The notes under the pieces were generated by a model. The model ran no database searches. It had not been told where the DNA came from and saw only the letters and a list, made by a program, of their open reading frames with translations. The translations under genes were made by a program, and so were the position numbers. From Mycolicibacterium smegmatis (lineage in GTDB: Bacteria > Actinomycetota > Actinomycetes > Mycobacteriales > Mycobacteriaceae): a DNA stretch of 32,000 nt. The stretch covers positions 3,780,001-3,812,000 of the forward strand of contig NZ_LN831039.1 of the NCBI RefSeq assembly GCF_001457595.1, written 5' to 3'. Below are positions 8,810-16,945 of this stretch, in pieces (the stretch's first letter is position 1; each line of letters starts with the position of its first letter).

Positions 8810-9502
8810 TTACTGCACAAACAGATCGGCCGAGTCGGCCGATGCCTGCACGATGGTGTGGCGTGCCGCGCCGCTCACACTGGGCCAGGACACCGCGGCC
8901 GGATACTGACCCCAGGTGCTGTTGAACAGGCCGAGGATCACGGCGCGTCCGTCGGGCGTGACCGTGTAGACCGGGCCGCCGGAATCACCACGGGCACTCA
9001 CGACGCCGTTGGCCATCGTGAACCACCCGTTGTTGACGGCCTCGACGGTGCCGCAACTCTCGCCGGTGACGACGCCGAAGTGGCACACCGGCATTCCGGG
9101 TGCGGCACCGATCGCCGGATCCTCCACCAGGATTCGCCCCGTGGGCAACGCCGGGTTGATCCCCACGTCACCCGCGAGCTGGATCGTCTCCCAGTCGGAG
9201 ATCACATGGTTGGTGTCCACGGTGGCCCCGTTCGGGGTGTTGTCGTGGAACGCGGCCTGCATGCCGATGACGTTCCCGTTGCGATCGCCCACCGAACCGC
9301 TGCCCCGGCAGTGACCGGCCGTGAACGCGACCCGGGCCACCGGATCGATGAAGCCGATCGTGCAGAGATTGCTGTCCTGCCGTATCTCCATGCCCGGGAA
9401 GACCTGCACTCCCGGGTCCGCATGTGAGGGCCAGGCGGAAAGCGCTGCCATCATGAAGAACACCGGCAGTGCCCGCAACGTGTGAGATAACAACTGACGC
9501 AC
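8810..9502 (-). CDS. Secreted chymotrypsin-fold serine protease (S1, streptogrisin/alpha-lytic-like), without an obvious pro-domain
   Basis: 230 aa with a Sec signal peptide (…LSAWPSHA/DPG). It has catalytic His in TAGHC, Ser in GDSGGPV, and Cys pairs at LCTIGF…TAGHC and VCHFGVVTGESCG. GGAG lies 7 nt before the GTG. Confidence 0.85.
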   Translation of the reverse strand: MRQLLSHTLRALPVFFMMAALSAWPSHADPGVQVFPGMEIRQDSNLCTIGFIDPVARVAFTAGHCRGSGSVGDRNGNVIGMQAAFHDNTPNGATVDTNHVISDWETIQLAGDVGINPALPTGRILVEDPAIGAAPGMPVCHFGVVTGESCGTVEAVNNGWFTMANGVVSARGDSGGPVYTVTPDGRAVILGLFNSTWGQYPAAVSWPSVSGAARHTIVQASADSADLFVQ

Positions 9503-9613
9503 AGTCGTCTCCGTTCGTTTGCGGTGTCGTTATCTTGACAGCGTACCGGTGAGGCGAATGTTGCGCCTGCGAATGGTGATGCCGGACGTGAGAACTGGCC
9601 CGCAACAGCGGAC

Positions 9614-9643
9614 GGCGGCCCGGACCAGATGGCCCGGGCCGCC
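9614..9643 (-). terminator. GC-rich hairpin downstream of the lectin gene (no U-tract)
   Basis: GGCGGCCCGG (9614-9623) pairs perfectly with CCGGGCCGCC (9634-9643) around a 10-nt loop. It lies 35 nt past the lectin stop and upstream of the protease gene. Confidence 0.4.
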
Positions 9644-9677
9644 GCTCGCTACCGGCGCTGTATTGCGTTACCGCAGG

Positions 9678-10304
9678 TCAGGGGATCGTCAGGACCTGCC
9701 CGGGGTGGATCAGGTCGGGATTGGCGATGCCGCTGGCATCAGCGATCTGCTGGTACTTGCTGCCGTCTCCGTAGAACCGCTCGGCGATCGCCCACAGCGT
9801 GTCGCCCGAGACCACGGTGTACGTGCGGGGTGCGGGCGGAGCCGGCGGCGGCGCAGCCGGCGCCGGCTCGGCGGGCGCGGGCTCGGCAACCGGAGCCGGA
9901 GCAGCCTCTTCGGCCGCCGCGGGGGCGACCTCGGCCTCCTTCTCGGGCTCGGGCGCCGGTGGCGGCGGCTCGGTGGTATCGGTCTTCGACGACCACGCCG
10001 GTCCGTCCTTGGCGTACAGCACCAGGTTCCGGTCGTCCTGAAGGACGAGCTTGACTTCCTTCTTGCCCTTGGTGTCCGTGTGCCACACGGGCTTCTCGGC
10101 GGTGTACAGCACGAAGTTGCCGTCGGTCTGCACCTCGGCACGCACGACGTCCTGCCCGTTGGTGCCGGTCGACCAGACAGCCTTGTCGCGGGCGTACAGC
10201 ACCAGGTTGCCGTCGTCCTGCAACGTCAGCGTGTAAGCGCCGTTGCCGGATTGCAGCGACCCCCCTCTCTCCAATTTCTGTCCTGCCGTCAAAGTGTCGC
10301 CCAC
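9678..10304 (-). CDS. Bulb-type (beta-prism II, mannose-binding) lectin domain - Pro/Ala/Glu linker - LysM domain protein
   Basis: Three intact QxDxNxVxY motifs are present ([30 protein letters not shown]). The C-terminal LysM reads [48 protein letters not shown] prefer the GTG at 10302-10304, preceded by AGGAAAGGGGAG, over the track start at 10337. It matches what I remember of the characterised M. smegmatis lectin MSL. Confidence 0.9.
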   Translation of the reverse strand: MGDTLTAGQKLERGGSLQSGNGAYTLTLQDDGNLVLYARDKAVWSTGTNGQDVVRAEVQTDGNFVLYTAEKPVWHTDTKGKKEVKLVLQDDRNLVLYAKDGPAWSSKTDTTEPPPPAPEPEKEAEVAPAAAEEAAPAPVAEPAPAEPAPAAPPPAPPAPRTYTVVSGDTLWAIAERFYGDGSKYQQIADASGIANPDLIHPGQVLTIP

Positions 10305-10453
10305 GCGACTCCCCTTTCCTTCGTCACTGACCCGCACGAGCTTACTGACGATAGCTTTGCTTATGGGGCATTACTCTCCACGAAATTCAAACTCGACACG
10401 CATATATGACGGCTTCAACGATCAAAAAACGCAGGTAGAGTGCCGTTCTTTGG

Positions 10454-11893
10454 TCACGAATCGAAACCGAGCCCCAGCGTGTCGAGTGCCCGAAGGAAAA
10501 AGTTGCGTTTGCCAGCAGAGTGGTCGGCACGGTCCAGCGACCAGCGTGTGGCCTGGATCCCGATGCTTGCCAGAGGTTCCGGAGGGAACGGAAGAGGGCG
10601 CTTGCGCACCATCTCCAGCCCGGTGCGTTCGGTGCTGCGGCCGTCGAGCAGGTCCAGGCACACGTCCGCGGCGAAACGCGTCGCCGCGACGCCCAGACCG
10701 GTGAACCCGTTGACGTAGGCCACCCGACCGTTACGGGCCAGCCCCCAGTGCGCGCAGAAGCGGGTGTTGGTGTCGATCGCACCGGCCCAGCGATGGGTGA
10801 ACCGCACGTCGTCGAGTTGCGGGAACGTGAGGAAGAAGTGCGCCGCGAGCTTGCGGTAGGTGGCGGGCCGATCCTCGTAGGCGTCCTTGACCTTGCGGCC
10901 GAAGTGGTAGATCGCGTCGTAGCCGCCCCACACGATGCGGTTGTCCATGGTGAGCCGGTAGTAGTGGAACTGGTTGGCGCTGTCCCCCACCCCCTGGCGG
11001 CCCTGCCACCCGATCCGGTCCAGCTGTTCTGGGGTCAGCGGTTCGGTCGCCAGCACATAGTCATAGACCGGGACCGTGTGGAAGCGGTTGCGCCGCAACA
11101 GGCTCGGGAACACATTCGTGGCCAGCACCGCCTGGCGCGCGGTGATCACGGTGTCGCCGGTGTCCCCGGTTTCGATGCGCAGCACCGCGCCACCGGAGTT
11201 GATGGAGCGCGCGGTGGTGTGTTCGTAGATCTGCACACCGGCCTCGGTGCACGCGCGTGCCAGTTCCAGTGCCAGCTTCGCGGGGTGCACGATGGCGCAG
11301 GTGTCCGCACTGAACAGCCCGGCCTGATACGTCGGCGAGTTGACCTGGGCACGCACTTCGGCGGTGTCCAGGAAAACGCCTTCCCCCTCGGCGGCCGCTT
11401 CGGCCAGCCACGCGCGCTGGTGCGGTTCGGTGGCCACGGTGAGCATGCCCGTGCGCTGCCACTCGACGTCGAGACCCAGACGCTCGATGTCGGCCTGCAT
11501 ACCGTCGAGGTTCTCCAGGCCCAGGGCGTCGAGTTTGCCGATCTCGTTCGGCCAGCGCGACTTTCCGTTCTCGGCGCCGTGGGTGAGGCTGGCGTCGACG
11601 AAGCCGCCGTTGCGTCCTGACGCGGCCCAGCCGACCCGGTTGGAATCGATCACCACGATGCGCCGGTCCGGATGGCGTTCCGCTGCGTGCAGGGCGGTCC
11701 ACAACCCGGTGTATCCCGCGCCGATCACCACCAGGTCGCAGCTGACCGGCTGGGTCAGGGCCGGATACTCCGGCCGTGGTACGTCGAGCCACATCGAACC
11801 GAACGTCGTCGCGGCGAGGGCGCGGTCGAGCAGGGCAGGGTCCACATCGGCATCGAAGACGGTTTGCACGATGCGCAGACTACGGGGTGGCAC
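10454..11893 (-). CDS. FAD-dependent oxidoreductase (DAO / glycine-D-amino-acid-oxidase-like family)
   Basis: 479-aa ORF with the dinucleotide fold DLVVIGAGYTGLWTALHAAE and the motif WAASGRNGGF. The start is uncertain. The in-frame GTG at 11867-11869 is preceded by TAGTCT-N7 and may be the true leaderless start. Confidence 0.85.
   Translation of the reverse strand: MPPRSLRIVQTVFDADVDPALLDRALAATTFGSMWLDVPRPEYPALTQPVSCDLVVIGAGYTGLWTALHAAERHPDRRIVVIDSNRVGWAASGRNGGFVDASLTHGAENGKSRWPNEIGKLDALGLENLDGMQADIERLGLDVEWQRTGMLTVATEPHQRAWLAEAAAEGEGVFLDTAEVRAQVNSPTYQAGLFSADTCAIVHPAKLALELARACTEAGVQIYEHTTARSINSGGAVLRIETGDTGDTVITARQAVLATNVFPSLLRRNRFHTVPVYDYVLATEPLTPEQLDRIGWQGRQGVGDSANQFHYYRLTMDNRIVWGGYDAIYHFGRKVKDAYEDRPATYRKLAAHFFLTFPQLDDVRFTHRWAGAIDTNTRFCAHWGLARNGRVAYVNGFTGLGVAATRFAADVCLDLLDGRSTERTGLEMVRKRPLPFPPEPLASIGIQATRWSLDRADHSAGKRNFFLRALDTLGLGFDS
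11877..11882 (-). promoter_or_regulatory. -10-like hexamer TAGTCT, 7 nt upstream of the alternative GTG (11869) of the FAD oxidase gene
   Basis: Minus strand reads TAGTCT-GCGCATC-GTG. Confidence 0.25.
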
Positions 11894-11920
11894 CGGCCGC
11901 CGCGTGCGTTCGGTGCCGGG

Positions 11921-13066
11921 TCACGTGCGCACCACGGGGCGCGCACCCAGGTAGCGGGTCAGCACCGGCCCGGCGATGGCGAGGATGAACACGTACGGCG
12001 TCGCGATGGCCTCCAGGCGCTCGTAGGTCTGGCCGACGAGACCGATGATCACGAGCGAGAACTCGCCCCTGGCGATCAGGGCGGTGCCCGCGCGCAACTG
12101 ACCGGCCCGCGCGACACCGTCGCGTCGCGCGGCGAATTGTCCCGTGAGCACCTTGGTACCCGCGGTGACCACCGCGAGCACGAATGCCGCGGGCAGCATG
12201 GGTATCAGGTCCGAAGGATGCACCGAGAGACCGATCGCGAGGAAGAAGATCGCCGCGAACAGGTCACGCAACGGGCTCAGCACCAACCGCGCGCGGTGGG
12301 CGGAGTCCCCGGTGAGGGTGAGGCCCACCAGGAACGCCCCGACCGCGGCGGAGGCGTGGATGAATTCGGCGAGGGCCGCGACGATCAGCGTGAGGCCGAG
12401 CACGCGCAGCAGGAGTTGTTCGTTGTCGGGGTGCGATACGAACCGTGTCACGTGGTGGCCCCACCGGTAGGACACCACGAACGCCACCACCAGCGCGGCG
12501 ATCGCGACGGCCATGCCCAGCAGCGCATGCAACAGGGTCCCGCCCGCGGCGAGCACCGCCAGCAGTGGGAGGTAGGCGGCCATCGCGAAGTCCTCGAGCA
12601 CCAGGATCGACAGCACCGCGGGCGTCTCGCGGTTGCCGAGCCGGCGCAGATCGCCGAGCAGGCGCGCGATGACACCGGACGACGAGATATAGGTGACGCC
12701 GGCCAGGGCGAGGATGCCGACGGCGCCGAGATCCAGCAGCCAGCCGGCGATCGCGCCGGGAAGTGCGTTGAGCACCAGATCGATCCACGCCGAGGGCAGA
12801 TGGCGGCGCAGGCTGCTGGCAAACTCGCCGATCGAGAACTCCAGCCCCAGGGTGAGCAACAGCAGCACCACGCCGATCGACGCACCGGTGTTGACGAATT
12901 CGACGGTCGCGGGCACCGGCGCGAGGCCCCCTTCACCCAGCGCGAGACCGGCGACCAGATACAGCGGGATGGGTGAGAGGGCGAACCGGCGCGCCGCGGT
13001 GCCCAGCACCGTCAACGCGACCAGGATGACGCCGAGTTCGAGAAGTAGAGCCCCCGATACCTCCAC
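11921..13066 (-). CDS. Cation:proton antiporter (CPA2, Kef/KhtU-like membrane subunit)
   Basis: 381-aa polytopic protein, LELGVILVALTVLGTAARRFALSPIPLYLVAGLALG…, typical of the Na_H_Exchanger family. Its GTG start lies 2 nt after the stop of the upstream TrkA-C gene. Confidence 0.85.
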   Translation of the reverse strand: MEVSGALLLELGVILVALTVLGTAARRFALSPIPLYLVAGLALGEGGLAPVPATVEFVNTGASIGVVLLLLTLGLEFSIGEFASSLRRHLPSAWIDLVLNALPGAIAGWLLDLGAVGILALAGVTYISSSGVIARLLGDLRRLGNRETPAVLSILVLEDFAMAAYLPLLAVLAAGGTLLHALLGMAVAIAALVVAFVVSYRWGHHVTRFVSHPDNEQLLLRVLGLTLIVAALAEFIHASAAVGAFLVGLTLTGDSAHRARLVLSPLRDLFAAIFFLAIGLSVHPSDLIPMLPAAFVLAVVTAGTKVLTGQFAARRDGVARAGQLRAGTALIARGEFSLVIIGLVGQTYERLEAIATPYVFILAIAGPVLTRYLGARPVVRT

Positions 13067-13068
13067 GG

Positions 13069-13575
13069 TCAGTCCTGTGCAGGACCGGAAACGTCGCCGT
13101 TGGCGACGATCTCCCCCACGCCGGCGATCCCGGCCACCGTGCCGATCACCACCAGCACGTCACCGGCGCGCAGCAGTTCCGACGGGCCCGGCGAGGCCAG
13201 GACCTCGTCGTCGCGGACGATCGCGACGATGGACGCCCCGGTTCTGGTGCGGGCCTTGGTGTCCCCGAGCGGACGGTCGACGAACGGGCTGCCGGGACGG
13301 ATGGTGACCTGGCCGGCATCGAGGCCGGGCACCTCACTGGTGAGTTCGGCGAACTTCTCGGCGATGCGCGGCGCGCCGAGGATCTGTGCGAGCGCGTCGG
13401 CTTCCTCGTCGGTCAGCCGGAACACGCGCTGCGCCTGATCGGGGTCTTCGTGCGGGTAGACCACCACCTCGAAATCGCCCGTGCGCAACGCGATGACGCC
13501 GATGCGGTCACCGTCGTGGTTCTCGAACTCGAACCTCAGGCCGACGCCGGGTAGCAGTACCTCTCTGACATCCAT
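13069..13575 (-). CDS. Cation:proton antiporter regulatory subunit (KhtT-like, with C-terminal TrkA-C/RCK_C domain)
   Basis: 168-aa soluble protein. Its N-terminal domain reads LPGVGLRFEFENHDGDRIGVIALRTGDFEVVVY, and its RCK_C-like half reads IRPGSPFVDRPLGD…GASIVAIVRDDEVLASPGPSELLRAGDVLVVIG. It is tightly coupled to the antiporter gene. Confidence 0.8.
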   Translation of the reverse strand: MDVREVLLPGVGLRFEFENHDGDRIGVIALRTGDFEVVVYPHEDPDQAQRVFRLTDEEADALAQILGAPRIAEKFAELTSEVPGLDAGQVTIRPGSPFVDRPLGDTKARTRTGASIVAIVRDDEVLASPGPSELLRAGDVLVVIGTVAGIAGVGEIVANGDVSGPAQD

Positions 13576-13602
13576 CCCCCCATACTGCGAACTCCGCCGC
13601 GC

Positions 13603-14526
13603 TCAGGTGGTGACTTCGGTGGTTTCACAGGTACGCGCCGGGGTCCACCCCGGCGGGCCGAACACATACCCCAGCCGGTCGGTCCACCGGCGGGCGCTGC
13701 GGACGTCGTGCGCGATCGCGACGTATTCGTGGGTCTGCAGCTTCCAGATGTTGTAGGTCCCGACAGGCTTGGTCAGCCCGTAGCGCGGGCGGAACACCTC
13801 TTCCTGGAACGTGCCGAACAACCGGTCCCAGATGATGAGGATGCCGCCGTAGTTGCGGTCCAGGTAGAGCTCGTCGCTCCCGTGGTGCACGCGGTGGTGC
13901 GACGGGGTGTTGAAGACGAACTCGATGGGTCTGGGGAGTTTCCCGATGCGCTCGGTGTGCACCCAGAACTGGTAGATGAGGTTCACCGAGAACGCCGCGA
14001 ACACCACCCAGGGTGGAATGCCCAACAGCGGCAACGGGATCCACGCCACGATCTCACCGCTGTTGTTCCACTTCTGGCGCAGCGCCGTGGCGAAGTTGAA
14101 GTATTCGCTGGAATGGTGCGCCTGGTGCGTCGCCCAGATCAGCCGCACCCGGTGCGCCACGCGGTGGTAGGTGTACCACAGCAGATCCACCCCGAGCAGC
14201 GCGATCACCCACGTGTACCACTTGTCCGCGGGCAGCTGCCACGGCGCGACATAGGCGTAGAGCACCGCGTATCCCAGCAGCGCCAACAGCTTCCAGCCGG
14301 CCGTGGTCGCGACCGACACCAGCCCCATCGACACGCTGGTCCACGCGTCCCTGGTATGGAACGCGCCTGCGGGCGCACGGTCGCCTTCGGCCGGGTCGAC
14401 ATGCTCCAACCGGCGCGCGGCGGTCCACTCGATCGTCAGCAGCAGCAGGAAGAACGGGATCGCGAACATCACGGGATCCCGCATCGGCGGCGGCAGGAAC
14501 TCCAGCACGGAGCGCAACGTGTCCAT
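13603..14526 (-). CDS. Fatty acid hydroxylase / sterol desaturase superfamily membrane protein
   Basis: 307 aa with several TM segments and the histidine boxes HRVAHRV, HQAHHSSE and HHRVHH. Confidence 0.85.
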   Translation of the reverse strand: MDTLRSVLEFLPPPMRDPVMFAIPFFLLLLTIEWTAARRLEHVDPAEGDRAPAGAFHTRDAWTSVSMGLVSVATTAGWKLLALLGYAVLYAYVAPWQLPADKWYTWVIALLGVDLLWYTYHRVAHRVRLIWATHQAHHSSEYFNFATALRQKWNNSGEIVAWIPLPLLGIPPWVVFAAFSVNLIYQFWVHTERIGKLPRPIEFVFNTPSHHRVHHGSDELYLDRNYGGILIIWDRLFGTFQEEVFRPRYGLTKPVGTYNIWKLQTHEYVAIAHDVRSARRWTDRLGYVFGPPGWTPARTCETTEVTT

Positions 14527-14547
14527 CAGCCCGGCAGCGTAGCCCAG

Positions 14548-16074
14548 TTACCGGAAGTTGAGTACCTGGTCACCCCACGCCGCCTGCAACTGCTGGTCGA
14601 GGTCCGTGACCGTCTTGTCCTGCTTGTCGATCACCAGCGCGGCCCGGTCCTCGCGCCGGTAGCGGCGCCAGACCGGTTCACCCAGCGCCCCGGTCGGCTC
14701 GCCCGTGGTCGCGAAGTTCACCCAGCGCCGCCGAATACGCTGCGAGACCTTCCTACCCTGTTTGAGCCCGCCCAGCTTGAACGTCGGATCCTTGGGTCCG
14801 GCAACCAGATTTCCCCAGACGTACGGCAGTTCGGTGGCGTGCGCGGCGCCCAGCCGCAGCAGCCGCAACATCGGCGTGGCGAAGTCGAAGCGGTACAGGT
14901 AGACCGGCGCCGACGTGCTGTGTCCGTCGGCGAACCACAGCGTCGGCATCCGGAACCCGATGTCGCGCGCGACACCCATGCCGATGGCCTTGGTGCGCAT
15001 GCCGGTGTAGGCCGCGCGGATCTCCTCCTCGGTGGGCAGCGCGAGTCCGGGCTGCTCGGAGGCGATCCCCTCGAACATGGCCCGGATCGCCTCGGGCGTG
15101 ATGGGCATGAGCGGCGACTTCATCCACCGGAACAGCGATGCCTCGTGTTTGTTGGTGCCGATGATCAGCGGCACCCGATGGGTGCGCCCGGCACGGGCGG
15201 CCTGCACGGGATAGTCGGGAACCACGTCACCGTCGACAATCGGCGCGAACGCCAGGGTGCCCGGGCTCTGCGCGGGCACCTCGTTGAAGATCTGCTGGGA
15301 CGCGCCGAGGATGGCGGGGATCGGCACGTGAGCCAGCCGCGCGGCATCGTCGGGTTCGATCAGGAGCCGCTCGACGTACACCGACGTCGCGGGTGAGCTC
15401 TGGGCGATCGCGGCCGAGAACAGACCTTCGGCGGCGGGGCTGGCGAGCAGGGTCGTGATCATGCCGCCGCCGGCCGATTCCCCGAACAGCGTCACGCGGC
15501 TGGGGTCGCCGCCGAAGGCCGCGATGTTGTCGCGCACCCACTGCAGCGCGAAGATCACGTCACGCAGTCCGAGGTTGGTGTCGAACCGCATGGCGCGGCT
15601 GCTGTACTCGGACAGGTCGAGGAAACCGAAGGGGCCGAGCCGGTAGTTGACGGTGACCACCACGACGTCGCCTTCCGACGCCAGCACGCGGCCCCGGTAG
15701 AGCGGCTGGCTCGCCGAGCCCAGCACGTAGGCCCCGCCGTGCACCCACACCATCACGGGCCTGCGGTCGCCGGGCCTGCACCCCGACGGGGCCCACACGT
15801 TGAGCACCAGACTGTCCTCGTCCTGCTTGCCGCCGAGGTCGATCGGGATCCTCGCGTCGGTGGCCTGCGGGCAGACCGGGCCCACCCTCGTCGCGTCGAA
15901 CACGTCATGCCATGACGCCGGCGGTTCCGGTGCGCGCCAACGCAATTCACCGATCGGGGCGCGTGCGTAGCGGATGCCCAGCCATGCCTTCGCGGTTCCG
16001 TCGTCCGTGCCGCGGACAGGACCGTATCCGGTCTCGGCGACCGGGCCGTCGGCGATCCGGGCGGCGTTCGCCAT
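14548..16074 (-). CDS. Type-B carboxylesterase / lipase (para-nitrobenzyl-esterase-like)
   Basis: N-terminal GPVRGTDDGTAKAWLGIRYARAPIGELRWRAPEP and nucleophile elbow GESAGG. I prefer the ATG at 16072-16074, preceded by GAGGAGG, over the track start at 16122. Confidence 0.85.
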   Translation of the reverse strand: MANAARIADGPVAETGYGPVRGTDDGTAKAWLGIRYARAPIGELRWRAPEPPASWHDVFDATRVGPVCPQATDARIPIDLGGKQDEDSLVLNVWAPSGCRPGDRRPVMVWVHGGAYVLGSASQPLYRGRVLASEGDVVVVTVNYRLGPFGFLDLSEYSSRAMRFDTNLGLRDVIFALQWVRDNIAAFGGDPSRVTLFGESAGGGMITTLLASPAAEGLFSAAIAQSSPATSVYVERLLIEPDDAARLAHVPIPAILGASQQIFNEVPAQSPGTLAFAPIVDGDVVPDYPVQAARAGRTHRVPLIIGTNKHEASLFRWMKSPLMPITPEAIRAMFEGIASEQPGLALPTEEEIRAAYTGMRTKAIGMGVARDIGFRMPTLWFADGHSTSAPVYLYRFDFATPMLRLLRLGAAHATELPYVWGNLVAGPKDPTFKLGGLKQGRKVSQRIRRRWVNFATTGEPTGALGEPVWRRYRREDRAALVIDKQDKTVTDLDQQLQAAWGDQVLNFR

Positions 16075-16274
16075 CTGACCTCCTCGTCGTTGCCTGGACG
16101 TTGAAATCGGTACGATCGACAAGCGGCATCCACGATACCGACGCCTCCCGGCAATCCGGTCTGAACTGCGGATTTGCGTCGCGACCGAGAAACATTCTCG
16201 CTGGTTGCAAACCTCGCTGGGCCTGCGGTGAATCCGTAGTGTCGTCTGACAGGGGTTGGCACCGGCGCATCCGC

Positions 16275-16280
16275 TAGGTT
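16275..16280 (+). promoter_or_regulatory. -10-like hexamer TAGGTT, 6 nt upstream of the GTG of the first SMR gene
   Basis: TAGGTT-GTTGCG-GTG, with no SD. Confidence 0.3.
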
Positions 16281-16286
16281 GTTGCG

Positions 16287-16622
16287 GTGCGGAAGTGGGC
16301 GTTGCTGTTGGGGGCCGTGGTCGTCGAAGTCACCGCCACACTGTCGCTGCGGGCATCTCAGGATCACGCACTCTGGTTGGTGCCGGTCGTCGCCGGATAC
16401 GTCGCGGCGTTCGTGTTGCTGACGCTCGTGTTGCGTGCCGGCATGCCCGTCGGTGTGGCCTACGGGATCTGGGGCGCGCTGGGCACCGCCAGCACCGCCG
16501 TGCTGGCCGCGCTGCTGTTCGGTGACCCGTTCACCTGGCCGATCGTCGCGGGTATCGGGCTGATCATCGCCGGTGTCCTGCTGGTGGAGTTCGGATCCCA
16601 CGAACGCGAGGCCCGACCGTGA
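16287..16622 (+). CDS. Small multidrug resistance (SMR) family protein, first subunit of a pair
   Basis: 111 aa with four TM segments and the conserved TM1 Glu in VVVEVTATLSLRAS. Confidence 0.85.
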   Translation: MRKWALLLGAVVVEVTATLSLRASQDHALWLVPVVAGYVAAFVLLTLVLRAGMPVGVAYGIWGALGTASTAVLAALLFGDPFTWPIVAGIGLIIAGVLLVEFGSHEREARP

Positions 16623-16945
16623 TGTGGCTGGCGCTGGCCGGCGCCATCCTCGTCGAGGTCGTCGCGACGCTGTCACTGCGCGCGTCGGACGGGTTCCGGC
16701 GCAGGGCGTGGATCGTCCCCGTCGTGATCGGTTATGCGGCCTCGTTCTATCTGCTGTGGGTCGCGCTGTCACTCGGGGTGCCGGTCGGCGTCGCGTACGG
16801 CATCTGGACCGCATGCGGTGTCGCGCTCGTGGCGGTGGTGGCGCGCATCCTGTTCCGCGACCCGCTCACGCCGATGATGATGCTGGGCATCGCGCTGATC
16901 GCCTCAGGTGTGTTCACGATCGAGTTGGCCGGCGTCACCCACTGA
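16619..16945 (+). CDS. Small multidrug resistance (SMR) family protein, second subunit of a pair
   Basis: 108 aa with the TM1 Glu in ILVEVVATLSLRAS. Its start overlaps the upstream stop (GTGATG), so either GTG 16619 or ATG 16622 is possible. Confidence 0.85.
   Translation: MMWLALAGAILVEVVATLSLRASDGFRRRAWIVPVVIGYAASFYLLWVALSLGVPVGVAYGIWTACGVALVAVVARILFRDPLTPMMMLGIALIASGVFTIELAGVTH

Noticed and set aside
10338-10453. AT-rich stretch upstream of the lectin gene, including a T6 run after a weak bulged stem (about 10416-10447 on the minus strand)
   Set aside because: It most likely just holds the lectin promoter plus a weak terminator for the FAD oxidase gene. I could not place a convincing -35/-10 pair, and the stem is only about 6 bp with a bulge.
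13708-15396. 562-aa plus-strand ORF
   Set aside because: It is antisense to the hydroxylase and carboxylesterase genes, which both have clear family motifs. Its composition is Arg/Gly/His/Pro-rich.
16123-16286. Possible guanidine (ykkC, mini-ykkC or guanidine-III) riboswitch upstream of the SMR pair
   Set aside because: By eye I found no ACGR-loop hairpin pair, no GGACGAGG…CAGGACAAGACGG-like pseudoknot core and no ykkC-like CUAGGGUUCCG start. There is only a 6-bp inverted repeat (AATCCG-N10-CGGATT). A covariance-model scan is still needed to be certain.
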